From an uncultured delta proteobacterium (GTDB taxonomy: Bacteria; Myxococcota_A; Polyangia; Fen-1088), in assembly GCA_963849735.1 (NCBI GenBank), contig CAWKJE010000016.1, forward strand, positions 54,086 through 118,085: a stretch of DNA of 64,000 bases, given 5' to 3'. This document shows, piece by piece, positions 47,700 to 56,718 of this stretch (positions are counted from its first letter, which is position 1; every line of letters starts with the position of its first letter). A program made the position numbers and the translations under genes. The notes under the pieces are model-generated. The model made no database searches and was not told the DNA's origin. It saw only the letters and a list, made by a program, of their open reading frames with translations.

Positions 47700-50315
47700 A
47701 TGCTACCTCTGCGCGGAATTCTCAGGCTTTACGACCCGCTCGACGGCGAGCTCGTCCTGATCGCACGCTCCGAATGGTTCTTCTGCCGAGCCGAGAGCGG
47801 ATACCACGAGGTAGATTCCGGAATAGCGATCTGGCGCTTGCGCCAGCTCTCGGGCTACCGGCTGGAGCGCGCGCACACCTTCCTGCAAGAGGCGCGCCTT
47901 CCCGACTTCGATGTCGGGCGGATGTGCCACGTTGGGCTGCACGACTATCGGCCGATCAACATTATCATCGCGGCCATCCGCGACCACCGTGTGGTAGTCG
48001 TGCAAAGAGGGGCAGCGCCCCCCCCCGCCAAGAGCGCCACGGCCGAGCTGCGCGGCCTGGTGGCCCAGATCGACCAGCGCGGCACACTGCTTTTTCAGGG
48101 ACGGCAGTACAAGTTGGTGCTGGCTGGTAACCTCGATCGACTTTCCAGCCGCGACCGATATGAGGTGGTCTCGCAATCCGCGGCCCGCGGCGTGCTAGAT
48201 GGCCTGGCCAAAGAATCACCCGCTTCCGCGCAGGCCCTCGGCCAGGCGAGTGAGAAGATCGGCAAGGACTGGCGTCCCCCGTTTTCGCAGCCCGAAGGCC
48301 TCGTGCTGTTACGACGGATTCCCGTCCCAGCGGCGGCATCCAGGGGCGATGGGCCGGCCATCACGCCCTCGCAGATGAGAGAGATGCTGGAGAAGGGAGA
48401 TCCGGCTGAGCCGACAATTCGCCTGGTCAATGTTGAATCCCCGGTTTTCGTCCCCGGGGTGGAGTCGAACAGAATTTCATATGCCATCGATGGACCGGTG
48501 GCCAAGGTCGCCTCGGTGAAGATGCTCGTGCGCTCGGTGCCGAGCAAGGGAGATCCGGCGGTGGTTCAGACATTGACCATCGATGGGCCCTACGCGGCAT
48601 CGGGTGATCTAGACTGGGACGGCAAGGCGCTTACCCCAGGTGGGTTCATCACCCTCCGGGGAGCGCCGTACGAGATCGCCTTCGAGCTGACTTCGAAGTC
48701 GGGCAAGGTATCCACCAGCAATACGGGCAAGATAAGCTTGGAAGTGCAGGAGACAAAGATCTTGGTCGACGACACGGGACCGCTGTCGGTGGACGACGAC
48801 TGGAAGGCGACGGTGGCTGCCTTCATCGCGGAGCTCGAGAAGAGTGGCATGCCGGGCGACTGCGAAGGCAAAGTCGTCATCGATAGCCCACTCTTCAAGA
48901 CCAACGAAGGTGAGATGTACACCGACATTTCCTTCCTGGCCTACGAAGCGAGCGCTGACACCGGGCCGGCGCTGCCGTTGCTGGCTGCGATCAAGCTCAA
49001 GTCCAAGGACGGTTCCGGCAAACGGTTCGCGCCGGCGCTGGTCGGGACGCGCCTCTTGTGGGACTTCCAGCTCGAGACATCGAGTGAGCTCGATGCAGCG
49101 CTGGGAACCCGGGGCGTAGCGCCCCCAGCTAAGACCTTCATGAAGAAGGTCGGCGCGTACGAAGAAGCGGCGACGCAGCCCAAGGGGGCGTCCGCGCACC
49201 TGAAGGTGGGCGGATTGCGGGCCAAGTCAGAGGACCGCGCACGGGCCGGACGACAGTGGCAGGCGGGCGGCGATTGGACTATGACGGCGCCCGACCACCG
49301 GGATTGGGCGGCATTCACGGGCTGCGGCGCCAGCGCATCCGACGCGGTCGCCGATTCCGCGGTCTACTTCAGCGCCGGACGGATGGCCGGCGACACGTTC
49401 AAGGTGCGCGCGGTCGTCGACGTGGACGAGAGATTCGACGTGGTCGACGACGCTGCCCCTTACAGCGCGCCGCCGGCGAGAGTATCGAACGTCATCAAGA
49501 TCGTCGTCTGGCGGCGAGTGGCGATTGTCGGAAACTGGATCGTGGGCACGACCACTACGCCGGTCACCATCCCGCCCCTGACCGCCGAGTACAAACGCGC
49601 GGCCATGTTGATCGAGCCGGCACCCGGGGTGGTCCCGACCGATATCGAGGCGACTTGGATCAAGGCCTATCAGGTGACGGTCGACGCCTACGTGAACGAC
49701 GAAGAGGCCTTCGTGGACAAAGCGTTGGCGCGTGACTCGCAGGGATGGCCCGTCAGATACCTCGATTTCATGGAGTACTGGGAGAAGGACAAACCCGATG
49801 CCGGCTTCTTCGGCGAGCTTTGGGAGCGCATCAAGACATTCTTCGGTGGCGCCGACGAGCAAAGCTATAAGGAGAAGTGCGAGAAGCATTGGTTGAAAGT
49901 AGTGAAGCAAGTAACGCGTGGCATGGCGATCCCGGACAACGGCATTACTGCTATCAAGTTCGGTCGTGTAGGTCCGCACAACCAAAATCCTAGCCCAAGC
50001 AGCTATACGGCTGGAGTCGCTCCGGCGATTGCTGGAGTGACGACTCGGACGAAAGCCGTGTTCTTTCAGTTCACGCTTGGGGCTGACACCAAGACCTTCA
50101 TCCATGAGGTAGGCCACACGCTGTTCCTCGCGCACGCTCCTGGCCATTTCCAGCCACCTAAGCAACCCGACGGGTACGTGCCCGAGGCGCACGACAAGGA
50201 TCAAGTCTGTCTCATGTCGTACCATCCCAATAAGATGCATCTCTGCGGCCTATGCCTGCTCAAGCTCGGTGGCCGCGACTACCGGAAAATCAAGAATGAC
50301 GGAACGCTCCTGTAG
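47700..50315 (+). CDS. Hypothetical 871-aa cytoplasmic protein with C-terminal HExxHxxxxxH (metzincin-like spacing) motif
   Basis: No signal peptide. C-terminal FIHEVGHTLFLAHAPGH followed by a Cys-containing tail (CLMSYHPNKMHLCGLC). I recognise no other domain. GC is lower than the flanks. Confidence 0.5.
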   Translation: MLPLRGILRLYDPLDGELVLIARSEWFFCRAESGYHEVDSGIAIWRLRQLSGYRLERAHTFLQEARLPDFDVGRMCHVGLHDYRPINIIIAAIRDHRVVVVQRGAAPPPAKSATAELRGLVAQIDQRGTLLFQGRQYKLVLAGNLDRLSSRDRYEVVSQSAARGVLDGLAKESPASAQALGQASEKIGKDWRPPFSQPEGLVLLRRIPVPAAASRGDGPAITPSQMREMLEKGDPAEPTIRLVNVESPVFVPGVESNRISYAIDGPVAKVASVKMLVRSVPSKGDPAVVQTLTIDGPYAASGDLDWDGKALTPGGFITLRGAPYEIAFELTSKSGKVSTSNTGKISLEVQETKILVDDTGPLSVDDDWKATVAAFIAELEKSGMPGDCEGKVVIDSPLFKTNEGEMYTDISFLAYEASADTGPALPLLAAIKLKSKDGSGKRFAPALVGTRLLWDFQLETSSELDAALGTRGVAPPAKTFMKKVGAYEEAATQPKGASAHLKVGGLRAKSEDRARAGRQWQAGGDWTMTAPDHRDWAAFTGCGASASDAVADSAVYFSAGRMAGDTFKVRAVVDVDERFDVVDDAAPYSAPPARVSNVIKIVVWRRVAIVGNWIVGTTTTPVTIPPLTAEYKRAAMLIEPAPGVVPTDIEATWIKAYQVTVDAYVNDEEAFVDKALARDSQGWPVRYLDFMEYWEKDKPDAGFFGELWERIKTFFGGADEQSYKEKCEKHWLKVVKQVTRGMAIPDNGITAIKFGRVGPHNQNPSPSSYTAGVAPAIAGVTTRTKAVFFQFTLGADTKTFIHEVGHTLFLAHAPGHFQPPKQPDGYVPEAHDKDQVCLMSYHPNKMHLCGLCLLKLGGRDYRKIKNDGTLL

Positions 50316-50316
50316 A

Positions 50317-51525
50317 ATGAGTAGCTGTAGCGCGACTCGCTGCTCTGGACATCGTTCGGCCATGGTGGCACTTGCGGCATTTGTATTAGCACAGGGGTGT
50401 CATGGTTGTGCGAGCGGGAGCAATGTATTTTCCGCGTCGGCGGTGAACAGTGAACAATCGAGGGTCATCATGCGACGTTTTGGGCTTGCCATCCCTGGAG
50501 TAGCGACTTCTTACGCAATAGATGATGAGGCGATCTACGTGCTCGGCACCTCTGGCAGCCGCAATCAGCTCGTAACAACGGAGTACTACGAGTCCGGCGT
50601 GGAACCCCACGAGCTGCGCTCTTTCAAACCGTCTTTCTGGGGCGTGGACGTGCCCGACGGGGCGGAGCTCTTTGCCCCAACCGGCGGAATTACGCCGGAA
50701 AACGCACGCCAGTACTGGGTAGGGTGGCTGCTGGGCCAGCGGGTTTCCATGCTCGCGCTGATGCAAAAGCACCCGGTCGAAGCGGATCTGGCCGCCGACG
50801 AGACCGCCCTCTTTCCCCCGGTCATGGACAAGGCCGGGGTGGCCGCGCTCTATTCCTGGCGGCCGGTGGCTCAAGGGGTTGCGCTCTGGCGGCGCCTGTT
50901 CACAGGCGCGGTCAAGACCAAACCTTCAGTCACCACCGAGGCACTGACCGAGATACCCGGGCGGCCGGTGGTGTCCGTGGTCGGGGCGATTCCGGGGGAG
51001 CCGACACAGCACGCCATCATCGGATGGGCGGAAGACACGGCCGCCGGCGCCGTGCTGGGCATCGCGGTCGTGCGTCCCGACCAAATACGCGTCATGCGCT
51101 CCGACCCTATCCCAGGGTTCATCCCATTCGTCCACCAGCGCCCCGGGATCTGGGCGTCGGCGCCGCCGACCGCCGAACGCTATGAGTTGAAGTTGGCGCT
51201 GGAGTCCCGCGAAGAGCCCCACCGCTACCAAACCGCGCAGCTCTCCGTCGCTGCGCAGTCAGGCGAGCGGATGACCTCGCTCCAGGCCGACCTACCCACC
51301 GGGCAACTGCATGCGGCGGCCTACGACTACGCGAAGGACCACGTCGGGGCCTTTGCCAACCAGGAATTTCTGACCAAGGACGGCCGGCTGTGGAGCGGTC
51401 CGCCATTCAGGTTGACGAAGCAGGGAGTCTCGCTCGATGATCCGCTCACCATCCTGATGACCTACACACAAGCCTACTGGGGCGAGCGGTCCGCCGACGG
51501 TGGGCTGTCGTTTCATATACTCTGA
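50317..51525 (+). CDS. Hypothetical protein (403 aa from ATG 50317), partner of the HExxH protein
   Basis: It starts 2 nt after the upstream stop (TAGAATG). The Cys-rich N-terminus (MSSCSATRCSGH...VLAQGCHGC) is possibly a weak lipobox. I recognise no domain. GC is low. Confidence 0.4.
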   Translation: MSSCSATRCSGHRSAMVALAAFVLAQGCHGCASGSNVFSASAVNSEQSRVIMRRFGLAIPGVATSYAIDDEAIYVLGTSGSRNQLVTTEYYESGVEPHELRSFKPSFWGVDVPDGAELFAPTGGITPENARQYWVGWLLGQRVSMLALMQKHPVEADLAADETALFPPVMDKAGVAALYSWRPVAQGVALWRRLFTGAVKTKPSVTTEALTEIPGRPVVSVVGAIPGEPTQHAIIGWAEDTAAGAVLGIAVVRPDQIRVMRSDPIPGFIPFVHQRPGIWASAPPTAERYELKLALESREEPHRYQTAQLSVAAQSGERMTSLQADLPTGQLHAAAYDYAKDHVGAFANQEFLTKDGRLWSGPPFRLTKQGVSLDDPLTILMTYTQAYWGERSADGGLSFHIL

Positions 51526-51547
51526 GCTCGATATCGGCACGAACGCG

Positions 51548-51875
51548 TACCGACCACGGGGATAACGGCCCAGAATGACCGGAGCACCGCACGCCGGCGT
51601 TGCGCAGGCGAAGCCCCTCTTCGAAGTAGTCTACGCCGAGGCGCAGCGCGCCACTCGGTAGAAATGGCGCCCACCTCCACCAGCCTGTGGCCCTAGGCAT
51701 TGGCCCTCAACGCCACGCGCACCGGCACCCCGGTCAGCTGACGCACAAGGTAGTACTCGGCCGCAAGCCGCTCCGAGTCATCGAGCAACGCGACAGGTCA
51801 CAGCCCCTGCCCGAGCACGATCGCCGACTCGTTGATCTCCGCCATTACCGTTTGTGCACCACGAGGTTGCCCCGA
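51548..51875 (-). pseudogene. Decayed duplicate of the alr 5' end (first ~95 codons plus about 30 bp of upstream sequence)
   Basis: It aligns base-for-base (with indels and an in-frame stop) to 46945-47270. The conserved regions include the GVDYFEEGLRLRNAGVR vs GVAYLEEGLRLRSAGVR region and the start-codon context gatctccgccatTACC vs gatctccggcatGACT. Confidence 0.65.
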
Positions 51876-52044
51876 TAGAGCCGCTAGGGCACCTCCTAAG
51901 ACCGCTCACATCAGGGTGTTCTCCGGGATGGTCCATTTGTGCGGCGAGTTTCCTGCTGCGCGCGCGATGCAAAAAGGGTTAATGTAATCCCGCTGTCCGT
52001 TCCCCCTCACGAGGAACAGCTACCACCCTGCAAGGAGATATTCG

Positions 52045-54030
52045 ATGAAGATGAAGTCCGCTGTGCTTGCGATGGCGATGGCATCCGGCGCAATAGCGTC
52101 AGGAATCATGCCCGGCGCGTGCGGCTCCGGGACCACGGGCCAAGGAGGCAACGGGGGAGCAGGGGGATCGTCCCAATCCGGTGGCTCTTCCGGTAGCGGT
52201 GGGAGCAAGAGCAGCGGCGGAAGCGCCAACAGCGGCGGGAACAGCGCCAGCGGCGGGGCCACCAGCCCGTCGGGTGGCGGAGCGGGAGGGAGCGCCGGCA
52301 GCAGCGGAACGGGAGCAACCTGCACCGCCACTGCCGACGTCAAACCCTGCGGCGGCAGTGTGACGGGAACCTGGACCGTCACGTCGGGGTGCCTGCAGAT
52401 ATCGGGTCCGGTAAACGCCCAGGCAGTCTTCGGTCTTACTTGCCCGACGGTGCAAGTGACCGGAAGCCTTCAGGTAACGGGAACCTGGACCGCCAACTCC
52501 GACACCACTTTCACGGACAACACAACTACGACCGGCAGCGAGCAGATCACGCTGCCAGCCGGCTGCCTGCTCCTCTCCGGAACGACTACCACATGCGCAA
52601 AGATAGTTCAGGAAATGAGAAGCACATACGATACGGTATCCTGCACGGACGCCACGGGCGGAGGTTGCACTTGTTCGGCAACCGTCAATCAGCAGGGTGA
52701 GATGGGTCTGGTAGTGGGCTCCGCAGCCGCGCAGACGAGCGGCAATTACACAACGTCCAGCAACACCATCGCGAATTCCGGGGACTCGAACACCTACTCG
52801 TACTGCGTCGCGAACAACACTCTGACCGTGACCCCGGTTGATCCGTTTTCGGCGACCGGCACCATCGTTCTGCAGCAAGGCACCGCTGGCACTAAAGGAA
52901 GCGGAGGAGCAGCAGGAGGAGGAAATGGTGGCAGCACTGGAGCGGCCGGGACGAGTGCCACCCATGCTGGTGGCGCGGGCGGCACGTCAGGCGCTGGCGG
53001 CGTAGCCGCCAGCGGCGGTTCCTCCGGTGGTGGCGGGGTCGCCCAGAGAAGCAGCGGGCCATGCGACATCTACGCGGCCGCCAAAACCCCCTGTGCCGGA
53101 GCCTACAGCATGGTCCGCGCGCTCTCCAGCACATACACTGGCCCTCTGTTTCAGGTGCGGAGTGGAAGCTCGACAACGAACACGGGCACGGGCGGCAGCA
53201 CCCAAGATATCGCAATGACCACGGACGGCTACGCGGATACTTCCAGCGTGGATTCGTTCTGCTCTGGCACGACGTGCACCGTCTCGAAGCTCTATGATCA
53301 GTCCGGCAACGCCAATGATCTCGTGACCGGGACCGGAGGTCCCGCGGGCAACGGAACCCGCTCGGGGGACACTGACTACGAGTCGAGCATTACGACCAAA
53401 GGCCAGATAACGGCGGGAGGCCACAAAGTCTACTCGCTCTACATGAATGAGTACGAGGGCTATCGGACCCCGCTCAAGGCCGTGGGCAAAGGCATGCCCA
53501 CCGGCAATGCCGCGGAGGGCATCTACGAGCTCGCCGACGGCACTCACTTCGGCGGCGCGTGTTGCTGGGACTTCGGCGATGTTTCTCCCGATCCCAACAC
53601 GTATGTCACCATGAACACTATCTTCTTCGGCACCGGCTACTGGGGTTCCGGCGCGGGTAGCGGGCCATGGTTCATGGGGGACTTCGAGGGCGGTGTCTGG
53701 GCCGGAGGCTCGGGAGCGTCGAGTGCGAACAATCCCCAAAGCCCGTCCATGGCCGTGCCTTTTGCCCTCGGCATCCTCCACACGCCGGTTGGGCAATATG
53801 AGCTCAGAATGGCCGATGTGCAGAAAGCCTCTGATCTGACCACTGCATATAATGGCACTTCGCCTAAAGGGTGGGGTAATGCAGGAGGAATCGGCCTGGG
53901 TATCGGCGGTGACAACAGCAACAACTCGTACGGAACCTTCTACGAAGGCGCCATCACCAACGGCGCCCCGTCAGAAGCAACCGACCTCCTGGTGATGAAG
54001 AACATCCAAGCGGTGGGTTACTCGAAGTAA
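52045..54030 (+). CDS. GH54-like alpha-L-arabinofuranosidase lipoprotein, paralog of 13304..15286 (same N-terminal 8-Cys domain, no CBM42)
   Basis: Lipoprotein signal MKMKSAVLAMAMASGAIASGIMPGAC. A G/S linker and a ~190-aa Cys domain homologous to that of the other paralog. GH54 catalytic domain: GPCDIYAAAKTPCAGAYSMVRAL...CCWDFGDVS...GSGPWFMGDFE...TFYEGAITNGAPSEATD. Confidence 0.75.
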   Translation: MKMKSAVLAMAMASGAIASGIMPGACGSGTTGQGGNGGAGGSSQSGGSSGSGGSKSSGGSANSGGNSASGGATSPSGGGAGGSAGSSGTGATCTATADVKPCGGSVTGTWTVTSGCLQISGPVNAQAVFGLTCPTVQVTGSLQVTGTWTANSDTTFTDNTTTTGSEQITLPAGCLLLSGTTTTCAKIVQEMRSTYDTVSCTDATGGGCTCSATVNQQGEMGLVVGSAAAQTSGNYTTSSNTIANSGDSNTYSYCVANNTLTVTPVDPFSATGTIVLQQGTAGTKGSGGAAGGGNGGSTGAAGTSATHAGGAGGTSGAGGVAASGGSSGGGGVAQRSSGPCDIYAAAKTPCAGAYSMVRALSSTYTGPLFQVRSGSSTTNTGTGGSTQDIAMTTDGYADTSSVDSFCSGTTCTVSKLYDQSGNANDLVTGTGGPAGNGTRSGDTDYESSITTKGQITAGGHKVYSLYMNEYEGYRTPLKAVGKGMPTGNAAEGIYELADGTHFGGACCWDFGDVSPDPNTYVTMNTIFFGTGYWGSGAGSGPWFMGDFEGGVWAGGSGASSANNPQSPSMAVPFALGILHTPVGQYELRMADVQKASDLTTAYNGTSPKGWGNAGGIGLGIGGDNSNNSYGTFYEGAITNGAPSEATDLLVMKNIQAVGYSK

Positions 54031-54315
54031 GCACGGCAGGCGCTAGGAGAGCGGCACGTGCCGGAAGGAATTCGGCGGCGTGCTGACCGTCTGTCAACCT
54101 TTAGACCAAGGGCTCGACCGGCAGCAGCCATAGCAGTCGGGCCCAGTCTCGTACGCCCCACAGCCAGTATTCATTTTGGCATCTAATGGCGTGACGCTGC
54201 CGGCGCCACCTTGGTGAGCACACATCTGGCCACCCAAGCGCCCCCAACCGCAGTTATTCGCCGCAGTTATTCGCACCGCTGCGCCGATGAAGTGCTATAG
54301 TCAGATGGCTGGGCT

Positions 54316-55554
54316 ATGACCATGCTCGGCTTGTCGCAATGTGAGATGGCGATGCAGGACGGTTCACGTGCCCCACGTTCACAGCGGCTTGCGCTGCGCA
54401 GCATTGCGCCTTTGCTCGGATTCTGCCTGGCCTTGGGTTGCGTCGACCTCACCCCTCCGGCAGCGTTGGTGAAGTACCGCAATGGCGCCGGAGGCGGAGG
54501 GTCGGGAGTAGCCGGGGACAGCGCGGCGGGAGGGGCGGGAGCGGGTGCTGGAGCCGGGGCGGGTGCTGGAGCGGGGATGGGGACGGGGGCGGGCGAAGCC
54601 GGTGGAGGGCCGGCCGGGGGTGGGGGAGCTGGCGGGTTGGGCCCATCGTCTGGGCTGGGAGGCGGTTCGCCGGATACGGACGGTGCGGCGGCGGGAGGGG
54701 CGATTGACGGCAACAGCCAGCCCGGCGGCGGGGGCAATCCCGGTGGGGGCGCAACGAAGCAGGATGGAGCAGCGGGGGGCGCGGCAGCGGGGGGCGCGAC
54801 ACTTGGGGCGGGCGGGGCTCCGGGCACGGGCGGCCAGTCTGTGGCGAGCGGTGGGACTAGGGCCATGGGCGGCAGCTCGGGAGCTGCGGGAGCCACGGGC
54901 AAGGGCGGCACAACGGGAAAGCTCGATGGCTCGGCGGGCGCCGGCGGAGCGGTGGCGTTCGATTGCGCTCAGGCGATCAAACCCACGGGCGGCCTCGTCA
55001 CCGACTTCACCGATTGGAATGCGACGACCAAGACTTGGGGGGGCACGAGCGCGCTGACCGGCAATGTCTGGCAATACGGCAACTCGGGCACCAGCGTGGC
55101 CATCGCCCAGGTCGAGGGAACCCCTCCCGGCTTGCACATGGGCGGGACCATTCCCAACGGCGCATACTACGGCGGGGTCGGGATGACCTTCTATTCCTGC
55201 GTTACAGCGGCCTCATTCAGCACCATCTCGTTCAAGGTCTACGGCAGCGCAGCAGGCTGCTCGATCGCGCTCCAGCTTGACACCTACGACGAGTGGCCGG
55301 TCGAGAGCACGCCGCCGGGAGGGTGCAAGGGGGACGGGGGCACCAGCTGTTACCAGTTCCCCGCCAAATCCGGTGTGATAGACTTTTCGTCCGCGGTGGC
55401 GGCGCCGGGCACGACGGTGTCGGTGACCCTCTCGTCCCTGAGCAACTGGTCGGCGAGTGTGGCGGGTCAGATCGTCGGCTTGCAGTGGCAGTTCACCCCC
55501 AACGGTGGGGCATGCACGCCCGACGTGACCTTCACCGCTATCGAGTTCCAGTAA
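54316..55554 (+). CDS. Putative carbohydrate-binding lipoprotein (G/A-rich linker plus C-terminal beta-sandwich CBM-like domain)
   Basis: Probable lipoprotein signal (...IAPLLGFCLALGCVD). A long G/A-rich low-complexity region. The C-terminal ~190 aa has a CBM-like aromatic pattern (WNATTKTWGG...NVWQYGNSG...GLQWQF). The start codon is uncertain (54316-54352). Confidence 0.45.
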   Translation: MTMLGLSQCEMAMQDGSRAPRSQRLALRSIAPLLGFCLALGCVDLTPPAALVKYRNGAGGGGSGVAGDSAAGGAGAGAGAGAGAGAGMGTGAGEAGGGPAGGGGAGGLGPSSGLGGGSPDTDGAAAGGAIDGNSQPGGGGNPGGGATKQDGAAGGAAAGGATLGAGGAPGTGGQSVASGGTRAMGGSSGAAGATGKGGTTGKLDGSAGAGGAVAFDCAQAIKPTGGLVTDFTDWNATTKTWGGTSALTGNVWQYGNSGTSVAIAQVEGTPPGLHMGGTIPNGAYYGGVGMTFYSCVTAASFSTISFKVYGSAAGCSIALQLDTYDEWPVESTPPGGCKGDGGTSCYQFPAKSGVIDFSSAVAAPGTTVSVTLSSLSNWSASVAGQIVGLQWQFTPNGGACTPDVTFTAIEFQ

Positions 55555-55575
55555 CGAAGCGCACCGGTGACGGTG

Positions 55576-56078
55576 CTAGCGCGCGGCCGGAAAAGCAAGC
55601 GCGAGATCGCCGCAGCTCAGAGCGGTAGGCCGCCGGCCTTTGGCATAAGGGAAGACCAGGATGCGGGTGCGCTCTTGCCCGGGCTCGATGGACTCGGATT
55701 TGTCGGCGGGCTGGTTGAATTCGGCCTGGGCATGCCAATCCACGACCAGGGGATGGAAGGCCTGGCCCGGCCCGCTCAGCAGGCAGGTGTCGTAGGCGAA
55801 GGTCTGTTCTTGCGCGCTCTGGTTGCGCACGGTCACCAGCGCCCAGATCAGAGATTGCCCCTCTCCGGGGGCGAGCAAATCCCACCCTCGCCCACGTACT
55901 CATCCGGGCCTTGCTTGGCTTCGCTGAGGGTCAGCCCCCAGCCGTCGGAGTTCTTTGACACCGGCTTGTTCATGAGGACCGAGGAGCAGGCGGAGACGCC
56001 GGCCAGGCAGACCACGGCCAAGATGGCGCCGGCGGAACGCTCGGTGATGCTTGCGCTGACAGAGTGCTTGGTCCTCAT
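55576..56078 (-). pseudogene. Small lipoprotein, reading frame broken once near a G5 run (55855-55880)
   Basis: The N-terminal part (MRTKHSVSASITERSAGAILAVVCLAGVSACSS...) is in one frame (track ORF 55848..56111). The C-terminal ~100 aa is in another (track ORF 55576..55878). The two overlap around ctccgggggcgagc. Confidence 0.4.
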
Positions 56079-56219
56079 CTGCATGGCCTCCAAGTTTTCC
56101 AAGTTCCGCACCCGCGCCTACCACCAAATCCTGGGTTTCTTCTAGGCCAAGCGCGAGCCGAAGACAAGCCCCGCACCACCGACGATGGCTCGCCCGCTGC
56201 CTTGACCGTCAACAGGCTT

Positions 56220-56705
56220 CTACAGCTTGCACAACACCCGGGGCGGGATGAGCCACAGCAAGGTGCCGCGATCCTCGCGCCCGCGCTCCACCCGGATCAG
56301 AGCCACGCCCCCCTTGCGATAGTCGAAGGCCTGGTGCCGCTTGCCGCCCAGGAGCCGGGCGGTCACCATGGATATCCAGTTCTCGTGGCCGACCAGCACG
56401 ACGGTATCCTCGTCGGCAAAACCCGCGAGGGCCTTACGGATGCCGCCCCAGTCACCATCGGCCAGCGCAGGCACCACGGTCGGGCTGCCCTGGCCCCAGG
56501 CCTGGGCCAGGATGTCGGCGGTCTGGCGCGCGCGCAGCAGAGGACTGGTCAGGATGCCCTTGGGCGCAGGGGCAAAACGGACCAGACGCTGGGCGACTTG
56601 CTGGAAGCGCCGCTCGCCCTCAGCGGTCAGACGTCGTTCGGCGTCGTTCTTGACGTTTGCGTCGAGGGGGGCGGCGATGGCGTGGCGAATAAGCAGCAGG
56701 TCCAT
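56220..56705 (-). CDS. sixA: Phosphohistidine phosphatase SixA (histidine phosphatase superfamily)
   Basis: LLLIRHAIA...RRLTAEG catalytic RHG-type motif. About 160 aa. It is co-operonic with the upstream CHAD gene. Confidence 0.7.
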   Translation of the reverse strand: MDLLLIRHAIAAPLDANVKNDAERRLTAEGERRFQQVAQRLVRFAPAPKGILTSPLLRARQTADILAQAWGQGSPTVVPALADGDWGGIRKALAGFADEDTVVLVGHENWISMVTARLLGGKRHQAFDYRKGGVALIRVERGREDRGTLLWLIPPRVLCKL

Positions 56706-56718
56706 TCTGGCTACTTAT

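Larger units (their letters stand above)
47238..51559. mobile_element. About 4.3-kb lower-GC insertion (two ORFan genes) bounded by direct repeats of the alr 5' end; no integrase or transposase
   Basis: The GC content and third-position usage are visibly different from the flanks. Repeat A is 46945-47270 (functional alr 5' end plus about 30 bp upstream). Repeat B is 51548-51875 (decayed copy, about 80% identical by eye). See findings. Confidence 0.55.

Noticed and set aside
47238-51559. Integrase, transposase, tRNA or inverted-repeat termini at the insertion boundaries
   Set aside because: None was found by eye. The small ORFs in 47290-47700 have no recognisable motifs. Hence the interpretation as a homologous-recombination (Campbell-type) insertion rather than a site-specific element.
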